Source: Dehalococcoidia bacterium
GTDB lineage: Bacteria > Chloroflexota > Dehalococcoidia > Lucifugimonadales > Lucifugimonadaceae
Assembly (NCBI GenBank): GCA_963579925.1
Contig: CAUZJA010000001.1
Span: 1-46,182, forward strand
DNA length: 46,182 nucleotides
Direction of reading: 5' to 3'
Position 1 is the stretch's first letter; every line of letters starts with the position of its first letter. The notes beneath the pieces were generated by a model. The model was not told the origin of the DNA, ran no database searches, and worked only from the letters and a program-made list of their open reading frames with translations. Position numbers and translations under genes: made by a program. Shown here piece by piece: positions 1 to 8,115 of the stretch.

Positions 1-53
1 GAGACCCTCACGTCGGTCGCGGAGCCGACCTCATCAGGGTGACAGTGTGGTGG
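1..53 (+). repeat. Copy of a GIY-YIG-associated palindromic repeat (core CCCTCACGTCGGTCGCGGAGCCGACCTCATCAGGGTGAC)
   Basis: Near-identical to 128-180. Same core occurs at 42701-42746 (same orientation) and reverse-complemented at 42023-42093 and 42487-42557. Confidence 0.8.
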
Positions 54-123
54 TCGCGGGTGGTTATCGTAATCGACCACGGTAGTGCTGGGCGTTGATG
101 AACCGCTCTTGGGGATGTGAACC

Positions 124-180
124 GGCAGAGACCCTCACGTCAGTCGCGGAGCCGACCTCCTCAGGGTGACAGTGTGGTGG
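124..180 (+). repeat. Second copy of the same palindromic repeat
   Basis: gagaccctcacgtcAgtcgcggagccgacctcCtcagggtgacagtgtggtgg differs from copy 1-53 at 2 positions. Confidence 0.8.
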
Positions 181-224
181 CCTGATGCCTATTTGCTATG
201 ACAGTTGAATGGAAGAACGAACGC

Positions 225-1307
225 CTAGCCGATCTCTGAGATGTTTACTTCTCGGCTCTCGTTCGCGCTTTTTACTGCTGCTAGCTGGAAGGCGTACACG
301 TTCCGGGACATTTCGGCGTCCATGTCTACCTGCTCGCCGGTTTCAATTGCCTGGCCAAATTCTTCACCGGCGGTTTTGAAGGACTCTCCCCAGTCGGTTT
401 CCATGTCTTCGAAGTGGCGCATTTTCCCGCTTGAGAGGACTGATACGGGTGGCTGGTTTAGTAGGTTGCCGGAGCAGCGGCTGACCCAGACGATGCCTTT
501 GGAACCCACAACTTCGATGAATTCGTCGCCAGGGTAGTAGTCAGAAGGGATTTCAAGCTCCTGCGCACCCGTCATCGTCCATACGCCCAGTCGACGAGAG
601 TTCACGGTCCTGAAGGTGATTGTCATGGGGCCGCCGCGTCCGGCGTCGACGTCAGTTTCTGCGATTTCATTGAAGGTGTGGGCCGTTTCGATGGGGCCCA
701 TGAAGTAGACGATGGAGGCGGCCATGTGGGCGCCGTGGTCGATGATGGATGGCGGGCCACAGTTTTGCGATGGGTCCTGGCGCCAGACCATTGAGTCTGA
801 GGGGATGTCCCAGACTCCGACTCCTTTGCCGTAGATGGCGCTGATCTTGAACATTTGTGGGTCGCCGATTTCACCGCTATCGATGATTGATTTTGCTCTG
901 CGGAACGGCGCGTAGCTGAGGAAGTTGTCGAACACTCGGAAGAGTGGCTTACTTGATTTCGCGACGTTGAAGAGGCCGTCGGCTTCGCTCATGGTGAGGC
1001 CTGGTGGCTTCTGCAGCGAGACGGCTTTGCCTGCGGCCAGTGCTTCGATGGCTACGGAGCTGTGGAGTTTGTGCGGTAGGAGGATCTCAACGCCATCGAT
1101 AGACTCGTCCGCCAGCAGGTCGTGATAGTCCTCGAAGGCGAGGCCTGAACCCCATTCAGCCGCTCGCTCAGTGGCTCGGCCCGGTGCGGGGTCGGCAACG
1201 GCGGCCAGTTCTGCCTGATCATTGTTGGCGTATGCACGTGCATGCAGGTCTGCGATGCGGCCTGCGCCGATGAATCCGATTCGGACCTTAGATGATTTGG
1301 GGGCCAA
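225..1307 (-). CDS. Gfo/Idh/MocA family NAD(P)-dependent oxidoreductase
   Basis: 360 aa. N-terminal Rossmann motif VRIGFIGAGRIADLHARAY, length and layout typical of the family. Confidence 0.85.
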   Translation of the reverse strand: MAPKSSKVRIGFIGAGRIADLHARAYANNDQAELAAVADPAPGRATERAAEWGSGLAFEDYHDLLADESIDGVEILLPHKLHSSVAIEALAAGKAVSLQKPPGLTMSEADGLFNVAKSSKPLFRVFDNFLSYAPFRRAKSIIDSGEIGDPQMFKISAIYGKGVGVWDIPSDSMVWRQDPSQNCGPPSIIDHGAHMAASIVYFMGPIETAHTFNEIAETDVDAGRGGPMTITFRTVNSRRLGVWTMTGAQELEIPSDYYPGDEFIEVVGSKGIVWVSRCSGNLLNQPPVSVLSSGKMRHFEDMETDWGESFKTAGEEFGQAIETGEQVDMDAEMSRNVYAFQLAAVKSANESREVNISEIG

Positions 1308-1320
1308 TGGAGTACTCCTG

Positions 1321-1545
1321 TTGGGGGTGACGTCTGAGGCGGGATGTTAGGCGAGACGGGGCGCTCTGTCGAGATGGCCGATATGATCCGGACATGGTGG
1401 GCTTGAGCCGGGGGCGACGATGCCGGAGGGTGTGCGGCGCGAGATGCGGGAGGAGACGGGACTCACGGACAGTGTTGATGGACTGGGGTATGTGCTGCAG
1501 TTGTTCACCAGACCGAGTACGCCTTGCTGCTCTACTTCTGGGTGA
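1321..1545 (+). pseudogene. Nudix hydrolase relic (in-frame stops, no N-terminus)
   Basis: Frame 1 reads ...ARRGALSRWPI*SGHGGLEPGATMPEGVRREMREETGL..., a clear Nudix box GGx5Ex7REx2EExG. It is broken by TAG (1348-1350) and TGA (1384-1386). The upstream part runs into the 5' end of 225-1307. The tail appears to continue in other frames to about 1700. Confidence 0.55.
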
Positions 1546-1615
1546 GTCGAACTGCCGGTTAATTGGGAGCCGACGGGCAGGTCGTGAGGCGTTGTTGGCT
1601 GGATGTCAGGGGATA

Positions 1616-1819
1616 TCAGGTAGTCGAGGGAATCGGGTCTGTTAGCCGGCCCCAGCCGCGCGCGAGTATCAGCGTTGAGGGATCAACCGTCCGGGCATCA
1701 GAGACCCAATGATTATCCATGAAGTCTAGTCTGAAGCCACGGCATCCACATGGCCTGATGACACATGTGTTGCCGCCACGATGATTCTGGTGCGAGTGGC
1801 CGCACATACAAATTTCCAC
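1616..1819 (-). CDS. Small Cys/His-rich (putative zinc-binding) hypothetical protein
   Basis: AAGGAG lies 6 nt upstream of GTG at 1819. Product (M)EICMCGHSHQNHRGGNTCVIRPCGCRGF... has a CxCGHxHxxH...CxxxxxCxC pattern. The C-terminal third overlaps the Nudix relic and may be accidental read-through. Confidence 0.4.
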   Translation of the reverse strand: MEICMCGHSHQNHRGGNTCVIRPCGCRGFRLDFMDNHWVSDARTVDPSTLILARGWGRLTDPIPSTT

Positions 1820-2089
1820 TTTGTGCTCCTTGGCTATACCCGCCATTAACTATGTGCCGTATCACTTATGTACGCGATGGCGATTGGCTCATGTGGATGG
1901 GCCTTGTAGCTCACCGTGCTCGGCCGGGAAATTTCAATTCTTGAACTGCGATTCCACTTTGGCTACGCATTGGTGCGCTAATATGCGTCCAACCAGCCTG
2001 AACCTGCGGTTGATAAGGGGTTCAATTGCGGTTGACGTCGGGCCGGGCAGGAGGATACGAATTTGCGGATACTTGAAAGCAGATTTCTA

Positions 2090-2680
2090 ATGGATTGGTC
2101 GCCAGGACTGGCGCTGATCCCAATGATCATTGGCATGATGTTCGTATTGAGTGGCAGTGATATTACTCAAGCTGCCAGCGCAGAAATCAGCGTTGTTGGA
2201 CCTGGTCTTGGGATCATATTCACCATCATCGCGTTTCTGATTCATGGATTGTTCTGGATCAATATGGGGCGTGTCACAGAGAAGGTTGAGTCACTGACCA
2301 AGATACAGGGCTACGGCCTTGGTGTGGTGGCTCTTGGCGGTCTGTTGGTCGTGGGATTTGTTGACGGTGGGTGGATCATCTTCGCGCTGGCGCAATTCGG
2401 TCTTGCTTACGCCATTTACAAGTCGCATATGCTCACAAATGCATTCGCCATCGTAACGGGGTTCTTTGGTGCGGTAAATGTGCTGTTTGGAATCCTGGGT
2501 TTCGCAGATACCACGCCAACAGAGGTGCCAGTATTCGCGTTTATGGGTTGGTCGCTCATCATGCTGGTGTTCAGCCTCACAGACGGTCATCCCGAGGATC
2601 GAGAGATGGACTACGAGGCGAGGTTCCGTCGAGGGGCGCCTGATGATCGAGTTGCGAGTTCTATAGAGTCAGACGAGTAA
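2090..2680 (+). CDS. Hypothetical integral membrane protein (5-6 TM segments)
   Basis: Hydrophobic segments throughout (LALIPMIIGMMFVL, GLGIIFTIIAFLIHGLFWI, etc.). ATG at 2090 preferred over the ORF-track start at 2063. A strong terminator follows. Confidence 0.6.
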   Translation: MDWSPGLALIPMIIGMMFVLSGSDITQAASAEISVVGPGLGIIFTIIAFLIHGLFWINMGRVTEKVESLTKIQGYGLGVVALGGLLVVGFVDGGWIIFALAQFGLAYAIYKSHMLTNAFAIVTGFFGAVNVLFGILGFADTTPTEVPVFAFMGWSLIMLVFSLTDGHPEDREMDYEARFRRGAPDDRVASSIESDE

Positions 2681-2735
2681 GCCATCTGGAAGTGTTGCAT
2701 GGGTATGCCGGGGGCACACATAGTTTGAACGCGAA

Positions 2736-2785
2736 ACCGCCCGGGTTATCTGACCCGGGCGGTTACTTTTTACTTTGTTTTTTTG
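2736..2785 (+). terminator. Rho-independent terminator (partly bidirectional)
   Basis: Perfect 11-bp stem ACCGCCCGGGT / ACCCGGGCGGT, loop TATCTG, followed by TACTTTTTACTTTGTTTTTTT. It sits between the convergent gene ends at 2680 (+) and 2787 (-). Confidence 0.8.
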
Positions 2786-2786
2786 G

Positions 2787-3050
2787 CTATCCGCCGGCTA
2801 TATGCGGAATGAAGTGCACTTCCGCATCTTCATCCACTTTGGCCCTTAGCCCTTCACGTGTTGGCTGTTCGCCGACCACCGCTTCCATTCCCGGTTTGAT
2901 CCTATCGTCCTGGATCAGCCGTTCTTTTGTTCCCGGAAACTTCTCCTCAAGGTTGTCGATTACCTCTCGGAGAGTGGTGCCGGAAATCTGGACGTCTGTA
3001 ACTCCGCCGGTAATTTTCCGGAGAGCGAATGGAATGAAAACCCTGGCCAT
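2787..3050 (-). CDS. MoaD/ThiS-family ubiquitin-like sulfur-carrier protein
   Basis: 87 aa, ends ...HFIPHIAGG (C-terminal Gly-Gly). The size fits the beta-grasp family. It lies 36 nt downstream of the molybdoenzyme large subunit. Confidence 0.75.
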   Translation of the reverse strand: MARVFIPFALRKITGGVTDVQISGTTLREVIDNLEEKFPGTKERLIQDDRIKPGMEAVVGEQPTREGLRAKVDEDAEVHFIPHIAGG

Positions 3051-3086
3051 GTTGAACGCCTCAGGAAGTTTCCGGTGAGTGGTTGA

Positions 3087-5360
3087 TTAGCCGTTCTTCT
3101 CTTTTAGAGCCTCCAGAATGCGACCGGGATTCATTGGAGCCTCTCGAAGCCTGATTCCCAACGCATCGTGAATAGCGTTTGCTACTGCGGCGACTGGCGG
3201 CACGATTGGCGGCTCGCCCACCCCACGCACACCAAACGGGTGAATGGGATTCGGAACTTCCACAAGTACCGTCTCAATCTCCGGGAGGTCGAGCGTCGTC
3301 GGCATTCTGTAGTCCAGGTAGCTTGAGTTAGCCATCTGACCTTCATCGTTCATGAAGTACTCTTCGTTGAGCGCCCAGCCAATCCCCTGAACTGCGCCGC
3401 CTTGTAGCTGACCTTCCACATATGAAGGGTGGATTGCCTTGCCGACATCCTGAACAGCTGTGTAGCGGATGACGTCCGTCTTCCCAGTTTCCGGGTCGAT
3501 CTCAAGATCACAGATGTGTACGGCAAAGCCGCCACCTGCATTTTCAAGGTCAACGGCGCCAGTCGATGAAACCGGTCCACCAGTCTCATTTAACTTGCCG
3601 GCAAGTTCTTTGAAGGTCATTGAGAGTTCGGGATCGGACTTGGATGAGAACTTTCCATCTTCGAAGCCAACTTCGTCCACGGGAATGTCCCATATCGTAG
3701 ATGCTCGGGTGGTGAGTTCACCGATCATGCTCTGTGCTGCCTTGTACGCAGCGAAACCTGTGGCATATGTGGTCCGGCTTCCACCGGTCACGTCTGTGTA
3801 GCCCACGCTGTCTGTATCAACGACAGAGGGGATGATGTCCTCAGCTCTGATACCAAGCACCTCAGCGGCTTGCATGGCGATTGAAGCTCGAGTGCCACCG
3901 ATGTCGGTGGATCCTTCAACCAGCATTACGGTGCCGTCTGTGTTCACTGAAAGGTTCACGGATGACTTGAGTCCAACGTTGAACCAGTAGCCATCGGCAA
4001 TGCCTCGGCCTCGAAGCTTTCCGTTGCCGGGGTTCTTGTCCAGAGGGGAATTCCAGTGAGCGGAATCACGAGCTGCTTCCAGCGTTTCAATGTTGCCAAT
4101 GACGGGGAAGATTGGTCCATCACCGCGGCGAGTACCTTCTTTGGAAGCGTTGTCTAGCCGGAACTGGATCGGGTCTAGATTGAGTTCTTCGCAGATCTCA
4201 TCCACGATGCTCTCGATGGCGTATGCGACGTGGGTCGAGCCAGGTGCTCGGTAGGCGGCCGTCTTCGGCTTGTTGACGATGATGTCCCAGCCATCGATGC
4301 GAGTGTTCTCAATGTCATAGCAGGAGAACATGCACATGGCGGCGGCGCCAACGGGTGATCCCGGGAATCCACCGGCATCGAATCTGATGTCAGCATCGCC
4401 GGCGATGATCTTTCCGTCTTTGACACCGAGTTTGACTGATACCCAGCCACCCGGAGTTGGACCGGTGGCATCAAACACCTCGGCCCGGTCCATCAATATC
4501 CGCACTGGCTTTCCGCCAGATTTCTTCGACAGAATCGCGGCAATAGGCTCAACGTAAATTGGAATCTTCCCGCCAAAACCGCCACCAATCTCCGTTGGTG
4601 TCACTCTGATTCGTGACTCATCTAACTGAAGGACTCCAGCGAGCTGCGTTCGTACGGTGAATGCTCCCTGGGTGCTGGTCCAGATACGGACGCGATCTTC
4701 TTGGTCCCAGATGGCTGTTCCATTGTGAGGCTCAATGTAGCCCTGATGAACCATGGCAAGGTCGTATCGGTGTTCGATAATAGTTGTGGAGTCGGCAAAC
4801 CCCTTTTCGATATCACCAAATTCGTGGCGGAAGTGGCTTCCAAGGTTTGGCTGAGTTGACTTCTCACCCAAATCGTCGCCAACCCAGCCATCAACAATCG
4901 CGGGTGCGTCCGGGGCCATCGCAGCATCCACGGTCACTGCTGATTTCAGCACTTCCCAATCTACTTTGATTGCAGCGACTGCCTCACGGGCGATGTTGGT
5001 TGAGATCGCGGCAACTGCTGCTACGGGGTGACCTTTGAACTTGGCCTTGCTCATGGCCATGACGTGGTCACTTGCGTGGGAGAAGTTGATTGCACCCTCA
5101 CCCAGGTCTACCAGTTCATCTCCGGCTTCCGGCATGTCTTTCGCTGTCATTACGGCAATTACACCTGGTATCGCTTCTGCGGCGGATGTGTCTATGCCCT
5201 TGATGCGTGCGTGTGCGTGCGGGCTACGAAGAACCGAGCCGTACAGCATGCCGGGGAGTTTGACATCGGCCCCGTAAATTGCACGACCGGTTACTTTATC
5301 CAGTCCGTCGTGGCGAATCGGCCTTGTGCCGATGACCTTATAGTCCTGTGTCGCAACCAC
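3087..5360 (-). CDS. Xanthine dehydrogenase/aldehyde oxidase family, molybdopterin-binding large subunit (CoxL-like, not form I CODH)
   Basis: 757 aa. Has the GGGFGGK motif (TEIGGGFGGKIP). Reads AYRAPGS where form I CODH has AYXCSFR. GTG start with AAGGAG 7 nt upstream. Confidence 0.95.
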   Translation of the reverse strand: MVATQDYKVIGTRPIRHDGLDKVTGRAIYGADVKLPGMLYGSVLRSPHAHARIKGIDTSAAEAIPGVIAVMTAKDMPEAGDELVDLGEGAINFSHASDHVMAMSKAKFKGHPVAAVAAISTNIAREAVAAIKVDWEVLKSAVTVDAAMAPDAPAIVDGWVGDDLGEKSTQPNLGSHFRHEFGDIEKGFADSTTIIEHRYDLAMVHQGYIEPHNGTAIWDQEDRVRIWTSTQGAFTVRTQLAGVLQLDESRIRVTPTEIGGGFGGKIPIYVEPIAAILSKKSGGKPVRILMDRAEVFDATGPTPGGWVSVKLGVKDGKIIAGDADIRFDAGGFPGSPVGAAAMCMFSCYDIENTRIDGWDIIVNKPKTAAYRAPGSTHVAYAIESIVDEICEELNLDPIQFRLDNASKEGTRRGDGPIFPVIGNIETLEAARDSAHWNSPLDKNPGNGKLRGRGIADGYWFNVGLKSSVNLSVNTDGTVMLVEGSTDIGGTRASIAMQAAEVLGIRAEDIIPSVVDTDSVGYTDVTGGSRTTYATGFAAYKAAQSMIGELTTRASTIWDIPVDEVGFEDGKFSSKSDPELSMTFKELAGKLNETGGPVSSTGAVDLENAGGGFAVHICDLEIDPETGKTDVIRYTAVQDVGKAIHPSYVEGQLQGGAVQGIGWALNEEYFMNDEGQMANSSYLDYRMPTTLDLPEIETVLVEVPNPIHPFGVRGVGEPPIVPPVAAVANAIHDALGIRLREAPMNPGRILEALKEKNG

Positions 5361-5423
5361 TGGCGTTCTCCTTAGAAGCTTTCGGGTGGGGTTGTTCCAG
5401 GTGGCAATCCTGGCTGGTTATTT

Positions 5424-5452
5424 GTAGGGGCAGGTATGAAACCTGCCCCTAC
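5424..5452. repeat. REP-like hairpin GTAGGGGCAGGT-ATGAA-ACCTGCCCCTAC
   Basis: 12-bp perfect stem inside the 199-bp gap between the small- and large-subunit genes. It shares the GGGGCA...TGCCCC stem with hairpins at 9412-9432, 9489-9508, 15254-15275 and 15441-15462. Confidence 0.7.
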
Positions 5453-5559
5453 GGGTATCACTTGTATGTCAACAGCCTCCAACTTGCCGGACTATTTGTC
5501 CAGCGAGATGGAGGTCTACCGGCTGTCTTGATCAGCATCTTCGACAGAAAGCGGAACGC

Positions 5560-6030
5560 TTACGCGCCCACCTGCGTCTTCTGAACAGCCTTGATGATCT
5601 TGTCGTATCCGGTGCACCGGCAGAGGTTGCCAGCGAGCCAGTGACGAACTCGGTGCTCGTCAGCGTCAGGCTCTTTTTCCAGGAGTGACTTTGCAGAAAC
5701 CAAGAATCCTGGTGTGCAAATTCCGCACTGGAGTGCTGCCTCTTCAAGGAACGCCTGCTGCAGCGGGTGAAGCCCATCTGCTGTGGCCATTCCTTCAATG
5801 GTGTTGAGCGTGGCGCCGTTGATCTCTGCGCCAAGAACGCAGCATGAGTCAACAATTCGACCGTTCAGTTCCACGGTGCATGCACCGCAGTTGCCGTCGT
5901 TGCAGCCTTCTTTGGTGCCGGTCAGGTTCAATACATCCCTGAGCGTCTCAAGAAGACTCATGTACGGCTCAACCAGGAACTCATGCTCCTGGCCGTTGAT
6001 GGTTGTCTTTATGTGGACCTTGTCGACCAA
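5560..6030 (-). CDS. (2Fe-2S)-binding small subunit (CoxS-like)
   Basis: 156 aa with CNDGNCGACTV, CGICTPGF and CRCTGY cysteine motifs. Confidence 0.95.
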   Translation of the reverse strand: MVDKVHIKTTINGQEHEFLVEPYMSLLETLRDVLNLTGTKEGCNDGNCGACTVELNGRIVDSCCVLGAEINGATLNTIEGMATADGLHPLQQAFLEEAALQCGICTPGFLVSAKSLLEKEPDADEHRVRHWLAGNLCRCTGYDKIIKAVQKTQVGA

Positions 6031-6031
6031 T

Positions 6032-6898
6032 CTAGCCCGCCTTCGCGCGTTGTGCTGCTTTGGTAAGTGTGCGTCGGGTAAGGACGCCGGAAAGGTGTCG
6101 TCGCTGTTCTATCGTGCCTCGCATATCGGAGATGGGGCTGACCGCATTGTGTGCGATAGCTCCAGCCGCAACGAAGTTCTCTTCGGTTGGCTCTTTGCCA
6201 ACCAGAGTGGCGGTGATGTCAGTGACGTATACCGGTGTTGGCCCAACGGAAGCCAGGGCAACGCGGGCATCTGTGATCTTGCCGGAGCTATCCAGAGTCA
6301 CGGATGAGGCCGCGCCAACAACGGCGATGTCCATCTCATTACGAGGGATGAAGCGCTCATATGCAGCGCCAAATCCTGAAGCTGGTGCCGGGAATGTGAT
6401 GTCCACAACCCACTCGCCATCCTCAAGTACATTTCGGCCGGGGCCGGTGCAGAAGTCTTCTACTGCAACTGTTCGATTGCCCTTTGCGCCAGTGATATTT
6501 ACCTGTGCGCTGTGAACGATCATTGGGCAGATTGTGTCACCTGAGGGTGTTGAGTTACAGAGGTTTGCAGCCATGCTTGCGCGTGACTGAATCTGAATTC
6601 CACCTACAAGCTCAGCACAATCAATGAGGCCGGGGTAAGCGTCTCGCACACCCTGGTTTTCATACATAACCGCCAGTGGAACTGCTGAGCCCATCTTCAG
6701 GCTACCGTTCAGTTCCAGGACGTTTGCTTCCGCTACACCTTTGATGTCTACAACGGCATCAAGTTCAAATCTACCGCCCCGGAGCTGGACAAGCAGGTCA
6801 GTTCCGCCCACGAGGGGACGGGCTCGGTTCCCATGTTGCGCCAGTACCGAATTAACATCGGCTACGCTGGTCGCCGCAACATAATCAAAAGGATGCAA
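6032..6898 (-). CDS. FAD-binding medium subunit of molybdopterin dehydrogenase (CoxM-like)
   Basis: 288 aa with LVGGTDLLVQLR motif. TTG start with GGAAAGGAG upstream. 1-nt gap to the small-subunit gene. Confidence 0.9.
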   Translation of the reverse strand: MHPFDYVAATSVADVNSVLAQHGNRARPLVGGTDLLVQLRGGRFELDAVVDIKGVAEANVLELNGSLKMGSAVPLAVMYENQGVRDAYPGLIDCAELVGGIQIQSRASMAANLCNSTPSGDTICPMIVHSAQVNITGAKGNRTVAVEDFCTGPGRNVLEDGEWVVDITFPAPASGFGAAYERFIPRNEMDIAVVGAASSVTLDSSGKITDARVALASVGPTPVYVTDITATLVGKEPTEENFVAAGAIAHNAVSPISDMRGTIEQRRHLSGVLTRRTLTKAAQRAKAG

Positions 6899-7125
6899 AG
6901 AAGAGGCTCCTTTCCAGTTAGATAAGAGGACGAGTCTTCGACCTCCTCCGGGCTAGATACTCCCATGCCCGGCACTTCATCAGAAATAGTGGGTGGTCAC
7001 GCGGATGCGGACCCAACATTTCAAACGAAGCCCGCACATTATGCAACCGAGATTAGGCTGCGGCAACCCGTAGATGACTGATACTCATGAAATAGGCATG
7101 TGAATACGGTCTATTAGAGCCGGAT

Positions 7126-7971
7126 TCAGCGCCCGTCCGCGCCAACCCACTCAATGTTGGGTTGGCCTTCGAACCGTCTTGCCATCACGTCTATCGCTTC
7201 GGGATTTGAGTCCACCAGAACAAACTCACGCTCCAACTCAAGACACACTTCACCCGTAGTGCCGCTGCCGGCGAAGAAATCGAGCACCAGGTCGCCGGGA
7301 TTTGAGGACGCTGAGACTATGCGTCGCATGATTCCAAGGGGTTTCTGGGTTGGGTACCCGGTTCGTTCTTTGCCCGAGGTCGGCACGATGGTGTGCCACC
7401 ATGTGTCGGTGGGTAACTTGCCGCGTTTCGCCTTTTCCGGCGTCACCAAACCCGGTGCCATGTACGGAATCCGCTCCACATCATCCGAATTAAAGACGTG
7501 CTTACCAGACGTTTTGGCGTACACAAGGATGTTGTCGTGCTTGGGAGGCCAGCGATCTTTTGGCCGTCCTCCATAGTCGTAGGCCCAGATGATTTCGTTC
7601 AGGAAGTTCTCACGGCCAAAGATGCAGTCCATCATCACTCGACAGTAGTGAACCTCGCGATAATCAAGGTGGACGTAGATCGTCCCACTTGGCTTCAGGA
7701 GCCTGCGCGCTTCAACAAGTCGAGGCTCAAGAAAGCCAAGGTAATCGTCGAAAACATCTTCGTACTGCCGCTCGCCGAGGGATTCAGAGTCGTAGCGTTC
7801 GCCTTTGAAGCCTTTGCGCGTGCCTTTTTCCGACCTAACGGTCTTCATACGGTTCAAAGACTGCGTCTTGCCCGTATTAAAGGGAGGGTCGATATAAATG
7901 AGCTGAACTGACTCATCCTTCATTGCTTGAAGGATGGGTAAGTTGTCACCGATGTGGATTGTGCTTGTCAT
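7126..7971 (-). CDS. Site-specific DNA methyltransferase, beta class (N6-adenine or N4-cytosine)
   Basis: Motif IV IYIDPPFNTG lies N-terminal to motif I VLDFFAGSGTTG, which is the beta-class order. No endonuclease-like ORF is adjacent. Confidence 0.9.
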   Translation of the reverse strand: MTSTIHIGDNLPILQAMKDESVQLIYIDPPFNTGKTQSLNRMKTVRSEKGTRKGFKGERYDSESLGERQYEDVFDDYLGFLEPRLVEARRLLKPSGTIYVHLDYREVHYCRVMMDCIFGRENFLNEIIWAYDYGGRPKDRWPPKHDNILVYAKTSGKHVFNSDDVERIPYMAPGLVTPEKAKRGKLPTDTWWHTIVPTSGKERTGYPTQKPLGIMRRIVSASSNPGDLVLDFFAGSGTTGEVCLELEREFVLVDSNPEAIDVMARRFEGQPNIEWVGADGR

Positions 7972-8115
7972 CTTCTGCTCAGCATCTCACGGCGGAGCCA
8001 GAGGAATTCGGGGGATTGTGAACAGGTCTCTGCCCGGATAACCTTCGCCGAAATCTCAAAGGCATGACATCTGTATTTTTAGGTGCATTTTCAGGCGCAT
8101 ATTCAGGGGAATCAT

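Noticed and set aside
6899-7125. Possible Moco riboswitch upstream of the molybdoenzyme operon
   Set aside because: The leader has two hairpins (CCGGGC..GCCCGG and GAGGA..TCCTC) and a GGAAAGGAG RBS. I could not find the conserved Moco-motif core elements as I remember them (e.g. CCGAGCC with a matching P1). A covariance-model search (Rfam RF01055) would be decisive.
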